IMG/VR virus record: IMGVR_UViG_3300035670_000108
Location: 25,048-89,047 of that record
Length of the DNA stretch: 64,000 nucleotides
Direction: 5' to 3' (one strand)
From: a virus
Part shown: positions 24,511-33,813 of the stretch, in pieces
How positions within the stretch are numbered: the stretch's first letter is position 1
Layout of the letters: every line of letters starts with the position of its first letter
Notes under the pieces: model-generated
The model's database searches: none
What the model was told of the DNA's origin: nothing
Seen by the model: the letters and a program-made list of their open reading frames with translations, nothing else
Translations under genes and position numbers: made by a program

Positions 24511-25544
24511 GCACCAACCTATGGCTGCGCAAGGCCCTCCCCTACCGCCTCACCAACGACGTACCGCTGTTCATGGCCCGCGGTCTGCTGGGCGAGTCCA
24601 GTTGGGAGGTTCACCAGGAGCTGAACAAGGCGCTCAACCAGCGGCCGGCGCGGGCGCCCGCGAGCAACGAGCTGAGCACCTATGGCTTCGTCGACCCTTT
24701 CCCGCCTCGCGCCATCACCCTGGCTGAGGTCAACGAGGAGCCGACCCTGGAAGAGACCATCGACGCGCCACCCCTTGCCCAGCTGGTGCGCCCCATCAAC
24801 AACGGCGAGTTCCTGGTGGTCTGCGCCGAGTACCAGTACCGCGACCTGAAGACCCAGGTGATCAAGCGCGAGCTGAAGCTCAAGACCGACAAGATCGAGT
24901 TCGAGCAGCAGCGCAAGGTGTACAAGAAAGAGCGCGACCAGCTGAAGGACGAGATCGTGCAGCAGCTGTTGCCACGGGCCTTTGTGCTGGCGCGGCGCAC
25001 CCCGGCGATCATCGACACCCAGCGCGGGGTGATCTGGGTCGGCTCTGGCACGGCCAAGGCGGCGGAGGATCTGCTCAGCACGCTCAGGGAGTGCCTGGGC
25101 AGCCTGCCGATCCGCCCGTACCAGGTGAAGATCGCGCCGTCGGCCTCGTTCACTGACTGGGTCCGCGAGGGGAAATGCCCGCAGGACTTCCACCTGCTCG
25201 ACCTGGCGCTGTTCGAGGACACCAGCGAGGACGGTGGCAAGGTCGGAATGATCCGCCAGGACCTCACCGGCGAGGCGACCCAGATGGTGGTGGCCGAGGG
25301 CAAGATCGCCACGAAGATCGCCATCGCCTACCAGGACAAGGTCAGCTTCGTGGTCAACGACAAGCTGCAGTTCACCTCCATCCGCTTCGAGGATCTGCTG
25401 GCGGATCAGGCCGCCCAGGAGGGTGGCGATGATGCCCACGGCCAGCTGGAGGCGTCGGCGCTGATCACCGGCAGGACGCTGCGGGATATGCTCGAAGAAC
25501 TGTCGCTGAACCTCGGCGGCGAAGAAATTCCACAGGGGATCTGA
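24507..25544 (+). CDS. rdgC: recombination-associated protein RdgC
   Basis: LW.....YRL N-terminus, ...QRKVYKKERDQLKDEI...LLPRAF..., AEDLLSTLRECLGSLP; ATGA overlap. Confidence 0.9.
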   Translation: MSTNLWLRKALPYRLTNDVPLFMARGLLGESSWEVHQELNKALNQRPARAPASNELSTYGFVDPFPPRAITLAEVNEEPTLEETIDAPPLAQLVRPINNGEFLVVCAEYQYRDLKTQVIKRELKLKTDKIEFEQQRKVYKKERDQLKDEIVQQLLPRAFVLARRTPAIIDTQRGVIWVGSGTAKAAEDLLSTLRECLGSLPIRPYQVKIAPSASFTDWVREGKCPQDFHLLDLALFEDTSEDGGKVGMIRQDLTGEATQMVVAEGKIATKIAIAYQDKVSFVVNDKLQFTSIRFEDLLADQAAQEGGDDAHGQLEASALITGRTLRDMLEELSLNLGGEEIPQGI

Positions 25545-25545
25545 G

Positions 25546-26016
25546 ATGAACGGATATGAGCTGACGCTGGGAATCCTGGGGATTATCGTGATCGGCGTGG
25601 TGCTGGGGCTGTTCTGGTGGGGCGTGAATCGCTGGGCAGCTGGAGGGGAGGAAGCGCGCGAGCGTGAGGATCGCCAGGAGGGGGTCAAGCGCGCTGCCCA
25701 GGCAGAGATGGCACGCTCGCGTGGGCCGAAGGTGGTGGAGGGCAAGGTCAGGCGGGAGCTGTCGCCTATGTACAGGGGCGAGGCACCGGGGAGGTCTGGG
25801 TTGTCGGTAGGGGAGGGGGTTCCCCTCCGCCCGGAAAGGGGCCAGGTCTACGACCCACTGCACCCCTTGAACCCGATCAGCCCGATTTCACCGTTCAACG
25901 TGGGCGATCGCGGGTCTGCAGATTGCGCTCCGAAGCACGACGGCGGGGAGGGTTACGGCAGTAGCTCGCCGTCCTGCAGCGATAGCAGCAGCTCGTCTCC
26001 GAGCAGTAGCGACTGA
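25546..26016 (+). CDS. membrane protein with a Ser-rich tail
   Basis: N-terminal TM; PLHPLNPISP and SSSPSCSDSSSS. Confidence 0.7.
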   Translation: MNGYELTLGILGIIVIGVVLGLFWWGVNRWAAGGEEAREREDRQEGVKRAAQAEMARSRGPKVVEGKVRRELSPMYRGEAPGRSGLSVGEGVPLRPERGQVYDPLHPLNPISPISPFNVGDRGSADCAPKHDGGEGYGSSSPSCSDSSSSSPSSSD

Positions 26017-26195
26017 CCGATAGGGGTCTTTTCAGGCCCCTATTCGCTGTTTTAGACCGAAATAGGTCATTTTTCATGCAAAAGACAAGCAAAATCGGTG
26101 AAATTGCCTCAAAAACAGGGCAAATCGCCTCGTTTTCGTGCGATTTTACTGCGTTTTGCTCGATATTTTCTTCGCTCACGGAGGGCTTCTGAGCC

Positions 26196-26885
26196 ATGTC
26201 AAACCTTAACTTCGAGCAGAAACAAGCGTGCCGGACCAACCCGCTGGCCGCCTACCTCGCCAAACGCATCAACTGGATGATCCTGCTGGTCACCGTGCTC
26301 AACCTGTGCACGATCGGCCTCGCAGCGCTGGCGGCGGTATACGGGGCCGGTGGCACCTCGTCTGAAATCGTCCACGCTCTGCACCTGTGGGCCTTCGGCC
26401 TGCTGGCGATCAACCTTCTCAGCGGCCTGGTGCTGATGGCCGAGCTGTTCTGGATGCGCCAGCATCAGATCTCGCCTGAGAGCTTCTGCAGTCTGGGAGA
26501 GCATCAGCCTCCCGCTGAGGCGGTGGAGGAGTCCACAGACGGATCGTTCCTGGCCAAGGGTATCAACCACGACTGGCGCGAGTTCGTGCAGGGCGCCCGC
26601 CGCTTCGCCAGCTACGCCGGCCGCAACCATGGCGCCGGCCGCACAGCGATGGAGAAGGAATACAACCGCTCGATGGAGATCCAGGCCAAGGCCCTGGCAG
26701 ACCTGGTCGAAGCCCTCTCCTTGTCCATCGAGGAGAAACAGCAACTGGGCTTCCACGGCAGCCAGGTGGGGTTCCGCCAGAAGGAGATGACCACCCGCAC
26801 GCTGCAGCGGGTCACCCGCACCGCCCAGGAGGCTATCCGGGCTCTGCACGGAAAAGGCCGGCGCAAGCCCCTTGCCAAATCCTAA
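26196..26885 (+). CDS. two-TM membrane protein
   Basis: 229-aa ORF with two hydrophobic helices. Confidence 0.7.
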   Translation: MSNLNFEQKQACRTNPLAAYLAKRINWMILLVTVLNLCTIGLAALAAVYGAGGTSSEIVHALHLWAFGLLAINLLSGLVLMAELFWMRQHQISPESFCSLGEHQPPAEAVEESTDGSFLAKGINHDWREFVQGARRFASYAGRNHGAGRTAMEKEYNRSMEIQAKALADLVEALSLSIEEKQQLGFHGSQVGFRQKEMTTRTLQRVTRTAQEAIRALHGKGRRKPLAKS

Positions 26886-26899
26886 TTGCCCGCTATGAT
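26872..26899 (+). promoter_or_regulatory. sigma70-like promoter for the candidate sRNA
   Basis: TTGCCA-N16-TATGAT. Confidence 0.55.
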
Positions 26900-26905
26900 G
26901 GCAAC

Positions 26906-27008
26906 TGACCCCGCCAAGGAAGGCGACGATTTGGCGAGATCGAAGGGTCATGGAGGGAGCGGAGGCGCCAGGATGGCAGAACGGGGTGGCTAAGCCACCC
27001 CGTTTTTT
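26906..27008 (+). ncRNA. candidate RsmY/RsmZ-like (CsrA/RsmA-binding) small RNA
   Basis: About 100 nt between a promoter and a terminator; five GGA motifs, two in hairpin loops (cgcc-aaggaa-ggcg, gcc-aggat-ggc). Confidence 0.55.
26980..27008 (+). terminator. rho-independent terminator
   Basis: aacggggtggc-taa-gccaccccgtt followed by a T tract. Confidence 0.9.
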
Positions 27009-27069
27009 ATGGACAACTGGTTGCCCAATTGCCATGATAAGTGGGCAATTACCCACATACGAGGCAACC

Positions 27070-27369
27070 ATGTCCGAGAAACGTAAGCCAGACCTCACCC
27101 TGGTGATGCAGCCTGCCAACGGTACGAAGGTCCGCTACGAGATCTTCGACGGCTCGCAATTCATCGACCGCATGCAGAAGGTGCCCTTCTTCCACGCGGA
27201 GAACCCCAACGTCCAGCTGTCCCCGGTCGACCTGGAGAATCACCACTTCGTGCGCGTGCGCGTGGACGGCGTATGGCTGCCGAAGGGTACCCGGGCGATG
27301 TTCCCCATGTGGCGGGTGGCCACACTGTCGGCCCAGCACATGCAGTCCATGCTCGGGGGTGACGCATGA
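27070..27369 (+). CDS. hypothetical protein
   Basis: Start trimmed to MSEKRK (GAGG RBS); RVRVDGVW motif. Confidence 0.7.
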   Translation: MSEKRKPDLTLVMQPANGTKVRYEIFDGSQFIDRMQKVPFFHAENPNVQLSPVDLENHHFVRVRVDGVWLPKGTRAMFPMWRVATLSAQHMQSMLGGDA

Positions 27370-27728
27370 AAGCCCTGCTCGCCTGGTTCGTCATCGGCCT
27401 GACCTTCAACACCCGTATGGTCTACATGATGATGTCGGAGATCTCCAAGCGCCGGGCCTTCAACGGCACCAACCCACTTCTGGTCATGTTCGACGGTTTC
27501 CTCCTGACCCTGGCCGGCGTGCTACTGTTCGCCCTGCCGGTGGTGGCGATCGTGTTCTTCCCCGTTACCAGCCTCTGGCTGGTGGTGATGAACCGCCGCG
27601 AGTGGCACCAGATTCGCAACCTGACACGCGAAGGGCGGGTTCAATGGGCATCTGGGACAATCGCGGAGCCTGCCACCGCCGGCCCCGAACCTGAGCCTAC
27701 CGTGGAGGAACCGCAGCATGGGCAGTAA
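27366..27728 (+). CDS. membrane protein
   Basis: Several hydrophobic segments; ATGA overlap. Confidence 0.7.
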   Translation: MKALLAWFVIGLTFNTRMVYMMMSEISKRRAFNGTNPLLVMFDGFLLTLAGVLLFALPVVAIVFFPVTSLWLVVMNRREWHQIRNLTREGRVQWASGTIAEPATAGPEPEPTVEEPQHGQ

Positions 27729-28335
27729 GGGTGGTTTCTCCCTGGAAGAGCGTCTGCTGCAGAACGCCGTAGACACCGTGGTGAAGAACCGGGACGAGTA
27801 CGAAGTTCCTGTCCTGATCCACCTGGTGCAGGCGGTGGTAGAGCGCAAGGATCTGGCCCCAGGCCTGTACCGCATCCTCGCCGCCGCGCTGACCACCGAC
27901 CAGCTCAAGGAAATGGGGCTGCACGTCGGCGGCATGGCCGGTACCGGCGACGACGTCATGAACTACCTGACCATGCCGAAGCTGCACCGCACCTTGTTGC
28001 GTGGCATCCAGCAGATGCAGGAAAAGCTCATGCCGGGCGGTTTCCTGATGACCAGCAAGGACGTCGACCACACCGACGCCACCCGCATGCTCCGCGACTG
28101 CACCACCCAGCTGGAGAAGGTCTTGCGCCTGACCAAGTCGGCCCGCGCCAACGCCGAGGTGCTCCGCCTGAAGGAAGCCCTGGGTGACGGTCTGAAGGCG
28201 ATCGCCGCCGAGATGGGCAAGGAGCATAGCGCGCGGGCCTACGAGATCATGACCGCCGCGATCAACGCCAGCCTGACCAAGACCCAAGTGGCGCTGGACA
28301 TCGAGATGAAGGACGCCGAGGAGCTGACGGGTTGA
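27718..28335 (+). CDS. putative terminase small subunit
   Basis: Helical 205-aa ORF overlapping the TerL start; call is positional only. Confidence 0.45.
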   Translation: MGSKGGFSLEERLLQNAVDTVVKNRDEYEVPVLIHLVQAVVERKDLAPGLYRILAAALTTDQLKEMGLHVGGMAGTGDDVMNYLTMPKLHRTLLRGIQQMQEKLMPGGFLMTSKDVDHTDATRMLRDCTTQLEKVLRLTKSARANAEVLRLKEALGDGLKAIAAEMGKEHSARAYEIMTAAINASLTKTQVALDIEMKDAEELTG

Positions 28336-30185
28336 GCAACAACAAGCTCCTCGAGGATTTCAAGGGTGGCGCCGTCGGCGCCAACCTGATGGCACAGCTG
28401 CACTCCTCGGTGTACGGCGCCACCGACTTCAGCCAGCTCTCCACATGGCTGGAGCAGAACACCCGCCACCCCTTGCGCCCCAAGCAGAACTGGACGTTTG
28501 CCGAGCACGAGTACCAGATCGACATCCTCAACTCGACCTGGCACGAGGAGTTCTACCAGAAGTGCTCCCAGGTAGGCGCCTCCGAGCTGTTCGTGCGCAT
28601 GAAGCTGGCGATGCTGGGTATCAGCGAGGCCATCACGATCATCTACGTGCTGCCGACCCGCACCTTCGCCCTGCGCTTCGCCAAGGGCCGGGTTGACCCG
28701 GTCATCGAGAGCAGTGACGCGCTCAAGGCCATGCTCAACAAGGACGTCAACTCGTCCGAGATGAAGCAGTTCGGCCACAGCTTCCTGTACATCACCGGCT
28801 CCTTCGGCCAGTCGTCCGCGATCTCGATCCCGGCGCAGGCGCTGTTCTGGGACGAGGTCGACTTCTGCGACCAGCAGAACCTGACCACCTTCCGCAGCCG
28901 GATGGGCCACTCCAAGGAAGACGACCTCTGGTTCGTCCGCGGCTTCAGCACCCCCACGGTCTTCGACTACGGCATCAACGCCTACTACAAGAAGGGCTCC
29001 CAGGCCTTCTACGGCGTGTGGTGCAACCAATGCCGCGACTTCGTCGAGGTGCAGTTCATGCGAGACGTGGTCGTGCCGGGCTTCGACCGCGACATGAAGG
29101 AGTGGGGCAAGGATTGCCTGGACGACCCGGCCCTGGACATCGACGCCACCTTCTTCCGCTGCAACTGCTGCCAGCAGCAGATCCCCTGGAAGAACTTCCT
29201 GGACCCGGCCAAACGCCGCTGGGTGCATACCTTCCCCGAGCGCAAGATCCGCTCGCGCCAGATCAGCCCCTTCGACGTGCCGGAGATCAACAACCCGGCG
29301 CGGACCCTGCGGCACGTCGCCGACTACGAGGTCACGGCCGACTGGGTGAACTTCAAGGTAGGCCTGCCCTTCGAGGACGCCAGCTCCAGCTTCCTGGTGG
29401 AGACGGCAGAGTGGGGCAAGGGATTCCAGATCTCGCCACCCTTGTCCCACCGGGAGCTGGATCAGCTGGTGAAGGAGAAGGGCATGCAGGACAACCTGCC
29501 GGCCTTCCTGGAGTGGCTCTTCGAGCAGCCTCAGATCGCCAGCTCCTGCACCATCGGCATGGACGTGGGCAAGCTCTCCTGGATCACGGTCCAGGCCGTC
29601 GGAGGGGTCGCCCGCCACCTGGTCTTCGCCGAACGCGCCCAGGCTGCCAGCGGTAACCTGCTGTTCCGCTACCTGTATATCTTCCACACCTTCGGCTGCG
29701 TGTTAGGGGTGGTCGACGCTGGCCCAGACTTCACGCTGAGTCAGAGCCTGGTCCGTGCCCTGCCGGGCCGTATCTACGCCTGCTACTACGCTACGGCCAA
29801 GGACAACCAGCTGCAGCGTTTGAAACTCGACCAGGAGCAGGGGATTGTCACTGCATTGCGGACCCGCACCCTGGATATGCTGGTGCGCGCGTTCAATAGC
29901 GGTAAGATTGCGCTGGCCAAGCTGGCCGAAGAGGCGGCGATCAAGTCACACCTGAAGGCCCTGAAGCGTGTCACCGAGATGGAAGACGAGGGCGAAAAGG
30001 GCAACATGGAGAAGGCTAAGTGGGTGTCCACCGGTGACGACCACTTCGGCCACTCCCTGGTTTACTCGAGTATCGCCGCCGACCTGGTGCACAGCATGGA
30101 CGGCCTGGAGGCGCTCGACCGCGCCGGTGGGGCCCACAAGCTCGGTGTGCTGCCGAATGTTGGCAGGTTGAAGATCCACCGCTAG
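28332..30185 (+). CDS. terL: terminase large subunit (lambda GpA-like)
   Basis: KCSQVGASE (Walker A), LFWDEVD (Walker B), STPT, CxxC pairs, nuclease GMDVG...DDHFGH. Confidence 0.9.
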   Translation: MSNNKLLEDFKGGAVGANLMAQLHSSVYGATDFSQLSTWLEQNTRHPLRPKQNWTFAEHEYQIDILNSTWHEEFYQKCSQVGASELFVRMKLAMLGISEAITIIYVLPTRTFALRFAKGRVDPVIESSDALKAMLNKDVNSSEMKQFGHSFLYITGSFGQSSAISIPAQALFWDEVDFCDQQNLTTFRSRMGHSKEDDLWFVRGFSTPTVFDYGINAYYKKGSQAFYGVWCNQCRDFVEVQFMRDVVVPGFDRDMKEWGKDCLDDPALDIDATFFRCNCCQQQIPWKNFLDPAKRRWVHTFPERKIRSRQISPFDVPEINNPARTLRHVADYEVTADWVNFKVGLPFEDASSSFLVETAEWGKGFQISPPLSHRELDQLVKEKGMQDNLPAFLEWLFEQPQIASSCTIGMDVGKLSWITVQAVGGVARHLVFAERAQAASGNLLFRYLYIFHTFGCVLGVVDAGPDFTLSQSLVRALPGRIYACYYATAKDNQLQRLKLDQEQGIVTALRTRTLDMLVRAFNSGKIALAKLAEEAAIKSHLKALKRVTEMEDEGEKGNMEKAKWVSTGDDHFGHSLVYSSIAADLVHSMDGLEALDRAGGAHKLGVLPNVGRLKIHR

Positions 30186-30215
30186 AATCCGCTGCATCCA
30201 TAGGGAGATGGTCAA

Positions 30216-31694
30216 TTGGCCGCACAGAACGGAAAGAGGGGTAGCTCAGGCGCCAGCAGCAAGCTGGCACCGCAGCCTATTCTCCCTCGCAAGCTGGCCA
30301 ACAAGGCTAAATCGGTAGGCGCTGCCAGCGGTACCGACAAAGGCCAGGACATCTCCAACAACCGCACGGTCTACATCAACCAGTCGGTCAAGGCGCTCCG
30401 CGACCAGAACCGGCCGGTGGCCGCCCTCCGGGAGCTGGCCCGGGTAGACGGTACGGTTGGCAGCGCGATCTTCAACTTCGTGGAGATCGCCCACACCTCG
30501 TTCAAGGTCTGGGCCTTCGACGCTGCCACGCACCAGCCGCTGCCAGAGGCCACCATGGTGGCCCGCACCATCCTCTCGCGCTTCGACACCGTCTACGACT
30601 ACACCCTGGGCTTCGCCGACAAACCGACCATCCGCATGGCGCTGGAGCAGATGCTCCTGGAAACCGTGCTGGGTAACGGCTTCGGCTGCGAGCTGGTGCT
30701 GGACAAGTCGCTGTTGCCTGACCGCCTGCAGGTCAGCAACTACGACAGCCTGACCTGGGTCAGCCAGGGCGACGGCCTGCGCTACCCGAAGCAGCAGGGC
30801 AACGACGGCGAGGTGGAGCTGAACATCCCCAACTTCTTCGTGGGTGAGCTGCACCTGTCGCCGGCCTTCGCCTACGCGACGCCCATGCTGGAGCCGGCGA
30901 TCAACGACTCGTTCTTCTTCCGCGAGTTCATCGAGGACATGCGCCGCACGGTTCGCCGCGCCGCCAACCCCCGCCTTGCCGCCAAGCTGATCACCGAGAA
31001 GATCATCGAAGCCTGCCCGCTCGACGTGAAGATGAACCCCACCAAGATGCGTGACTGGCTCGACGCTCGCCGCGCCGAGGTGGAAGCGGTGCTGTCCGAC
31101 CTGGAGCCGGAAGATGCCCTGACCTTCTGGGACTCGGTGGAGATCGACGCGATCAAGATGGCCGGCGAGAAGCAGGACTTCGTGCCGCTGCTCAACGCCA
31201 TCAGCGGCCTGCAGGCGACCAACCTGAAGGCCCCGCCCAGTATCCTGGGCCTGCGCCTGGAGGGCAGCCAGTCGCTGTCCAACACAGAATCCATGGTCTT
31301 CCTGAAGGTCGCGGCCTCCATCCGCAAGCCGGTGGAAGACGTCATGAGCCGCGCCTTGACCCTCGGCGTGCGCCTGTACGGCCAGAACGCCTACGTGGTC
31401 TTCGAGTTCGATCCCATCGACCTCCGCCCCGAGAACGAGGTGGAGGCTTTCCGCGTGATGCGCCAGAGCCGTATACTGGAGCAACTGTCCCTGGGTTTGA
31501 TCAGCGACGACGAGGCATTCATCCAATTGGGCCTCGAGTATTCCCCGGCTGGCTATAAACCGTTATCCGGTACTATGTTTTACAAGGCCGATGCCTCCGC
31601 CGAGCAGGCGAGCAAGGCATCACCCAACAGCGACCCGCAAGGGAAGGCGCTCCAGTCTGACCAGCCGAAGAAGGCTGGCGGGGCGAGCCAGTGA
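30216..31694 (+). CDS. portal protein
   Basis: 492 aa directly after TerL; GNGF.ELV, P..ILG and F.F..IDL patterns; TTG start. Confidence 0.8.
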   Translation: MAAQNGKRGSSGASSKLAPQPILPRKLANKAKSVGAASGTDKGQDISNNRTVYINQSVKALRDQNRPVAALRELARVDGTVGSAIFNFVEIAHTSFKVWAFDAATHQPLPEATMVARTILSRFDTVYDYTLGFADKPTIRMALEQMLLETVLGNGFGCELVLDKSLLPDRLQVSNYDSLTWVSQGDGLRYPKQQGNDGEVELNIPNFFVGELHLSPAFAYATPMLEPAINDSFFFREFIEDMRRTVRRAANPRLAAKLITEKIIEACPLDVKMNPTKMRDWLDARRAEVEAVLSDLEPEDALTFWDSVEIDAIKMAGEKQDFVPLLNAISGLQATNLKAPPSILGLRLEGSQSLSNTESMVFLKVAASIRKPVEDVMSRALTLGVRLYGQNAYVVFEFDPIDLRPENEVEAFRVMRQSRILEQLSLGLISDDEAFIQLGLEYSPAGYKPLSGTMFYKADASAEQASKASPNSDPQGKALQSDQPKKAGGASQ

Positions 31695-31704
31695 AGGAGC
31701 ACAC

Positions 31705-33261
31705 ATGAGCCGCCAGAGCCATAGCCAAGGGTCTACCCCGCTGTACTGGTACAGCGCGAACGTCCAGTCGTTCAACGACTGGATGGAGTCGCGCAAGCAC
31801 ATTATGGCGATGAACCCTCTGCAGCTGGCCGCTGAGAAGGCCAAGCTGCTGTCCGGTAACCAGGTGCAGATCCGCGGCTCTATCGAAGGCGACTACAAGC
31901 CGGCCTTCGGCGACGGCAGCCAAGACTACATGATGACCCGCTACAAGAACCTGGCGCTGATCAACATCAGCGGCACCCTTGTGGCGTCCGACAACTGGTA
32001 CAACCGCTACTACGGCATGATCTCCTACGCCGAGATCCGCCGCAGCATCCTGATGGCCCTGGAAGACAAGGCTGTCACCGGCATCCTGGCGACCATGAAC
32101 ACCCCCGGCGGTAACGCCAGCGGCGCCGACGCGATGGCCACCTTCTTCAAGAAGACCGACCAGTCCAAGCCGTTCTACGTTTTCGCCGAGACCGAGATGT
32201 GCTCGGGCGGCTACTACCTGGGTGCCCCTGCGCGCGAGGTGTACGCCCAGCGCGCCTCCTTGATCGGCTCCATCGGCGTGATCATGGTGCACATGGACAT
32301 CCTCAACATGTACGAGGAGATGGGCATCAAGCCCACCGTCTTCCGTGCTGGCGAGTTCAAGGCCCTGGGTAGCCCGTATGAGCACCTGGACAAGAAGGCG
32401 CAGGGCGTCATCCAGTCCACCCTGGGCAACTACTTCGACATGTTCAACGACCACGTCGTGGACTGCCGGAGCTACAGCAACGTGGCTGATTTCCGCGCTA
32501 CTGCGGGCGAAGGCCGCGTGTTTATGGCTGAAGAAGCCAAGGAAGTCGGCCTGGTTGACCAGGTCGCTGAGATGGAGGAGGCCCTGGACGAGGTGTCCCA
32601 GAAGTCCAACCGGATCTCCGGGAAGTCCAGTCAATTCGCCGTTACATCGAACCTGAAAGGGACCAAGCTCATGTCTTATGCACAGCTCCTGGCGTTGGCC
32701 GCCTCTGGCGTCCAGCTGACCGCTGAACAGCAAGCCATCCTCGACGCCGGTGATCCGGATGCCCCTGCGGTGGAAGCCGAGGCGGGTGACAACGTGGTCG
32801 AAGATCCGACCAAGCCGGCAGTGGAAGCCACCGCCGAGCCGGTCGTTGAAGAACCAGCGCCTGCAGCCCCGGCTGTAGTCGCCTCCGCTGACCTGAACAA
32901 GGTCATCGAACTGTCTACCGAGCTGGGCCAGGCCAAGGCCACCGTCACCAAGCTGGAAGGTGACCTGTCCAAGCTCCAGACCGAACTCGATGCCTCCAAG
33001 GCGACCATGTCGTCCTTGCAAGCCATCGTGTGCCAGGCCATCTCTCACCGTCAGGTGGCGCTGGGTTACCAGCCGTCCCCTGCCGAGGATATGACGGCCA
33101 GTCAGCAGGTCGAGCTGTTCAACAAGCTCGACGCTGTCTTCAAAGAGCGGATCAAGGCGGGGCAAGTCTCGAAGCCGACGTCAGCACAGCCTAGCGCTTC
33201 TGCTACTCTGTCGCCGACTCCGGTAATGGAAGCTGCCCGCAACCTGACCGGCAAACTCTGA
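31705..33261 (+). CDS. S49 (SppA-type) prohead protease fused to scaffold
   Basis: NTPGG, CSGGYYL, GSIGV and AGEFKA motifs; acidic/coiled-coil C-terminus. Confidence 0.9.
   Translation: MSRQSHSQGSTPLYWYSANVQSFNDWMESRKHIMAMNPLQLAAEKAKLLSGNQVQIRGSIEGDYKPAFGDGSQDYMMTRYKNLALINISGTLVASDNWYNRYYGMISYAEIRRSILMALEDKAVTGILATMNTPGGNASGADAMATFFKKTDQSKPFYVFAETEMCSGGYYLGAPAREVYAQRASLIGSIGVIMVHMDILNMYEEMGIKPTVFRAGEFKALGSPYEHLDKKAQGVIQSTLGNYFDMFNDHVVDCRSYSNVADFRATAGEGRVFMAEEAKEVGLVDQVAEMEEALDEVSQKSNRISGKSSQFAVTSNLKGTKLMSYAQLLALAASGVQLTAEQQAILDAGDPDAPAVEAEAGDNVVEDPTKPAVEATAEPVVEEPAPAAPAVVASADLNKVIELSTELGQAKATVTKLEGDLSKLQTELDASKATMSSLQAIVCQAISHRQVALGYQPSPAEDMTASQQVELFNKLDAVFKERIKAGQVSKPTSAQPSASATLSPTPVMEAARNLTGKL
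32671..33261 (+). CDS. nested in-frame scaffolding protein
   Basis: Internal ATG (MSYAQLL) preceded by AAAGGGA; same layout as lambda C/Nu3. Confidence 0.55.
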   Translation: MSYAQLLALAASGVQLTAEQQAILDAGDPDAPAVEAEAGDNVVEDPTKPAVEATAEPVVEEPAPAAPAVVASADLNKVIELSTELGQAKATVTKLEGDLSKLQTELDASKATMSSLQAIVCQAISHRQVALGYQPSPAEDMTASQQVELFNKLDAVFKERIKAGQVSKPTSAQPSASATLSPTPVMEAARNLTGKL

Positions 33262-33278
33262 TAGGGAGATAGAGACTC

Positions 33279-33770
33279 ATGCCCGCCTACAAACGTGGTT
33301 TGAAAATCGGTTCCGCCTGGAACTACCGTGAAGCTGCCCTCGGCTCCTCTGGCAACAAGGGTACCTTCACCGACAAGGACAAAGGCAAGCCGCTGAAACT
33401 GGCTGCGGACTCCACCTATGATGTCTGCGCCGCCGGTGACGAGATCGAGGAGATCTTCGAGGCCCTGGCCGCCCAACAGTCCACCGTGAACAACGGCTAC
33501 CAGATCGGCACCATCCGCGATGACGGCCAGTTCCTCGGCATCATCGACGACATCACCGAGGCCCCGGCCATCGGCAAGTATGTCGTATCCGGTACCCAGG
33601 CTGCCCTTGGCACCCTGAACGGCCCGGCCGGTAAGGAAACCACCGGTTATGCCAAGGTTCGCTGCATTGCCAACGCCAACCGCGCGGCTGCACTGAACAA
33701 ATGGCGTATCGTGTCGATCCTGTCCGGTAGCGGCGTCGGCGCAGTCGTCCTCTGTGAGCGTGTGCGCTAA
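33279..33770 (+). CDS. head decoration/cement protein
   Basis: 163 aa between protease and MCP; D.GK..KL.......C..GDEI pattern. Confidence 0.65.
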   Translation: MPAYKRGLKIGSAWNYREAALGSSGNKGTFTDKDKGKPLKLAADSTYDVCAAGDEIEEIFEALAAQQSTVNNGYQIGTIRDDGQFLGIIDDITEAPAIGKYVVSGTQAALGTLNGPAGKETTGYAKVRCIANANRAAALNKWRIVSILSGSGVGAVVLCERVR

Positions 33771-33813
33771 GGCGCACTCCCTCACTCACCGGAAACTCTA
33801 GGAGTAGAGAGCA

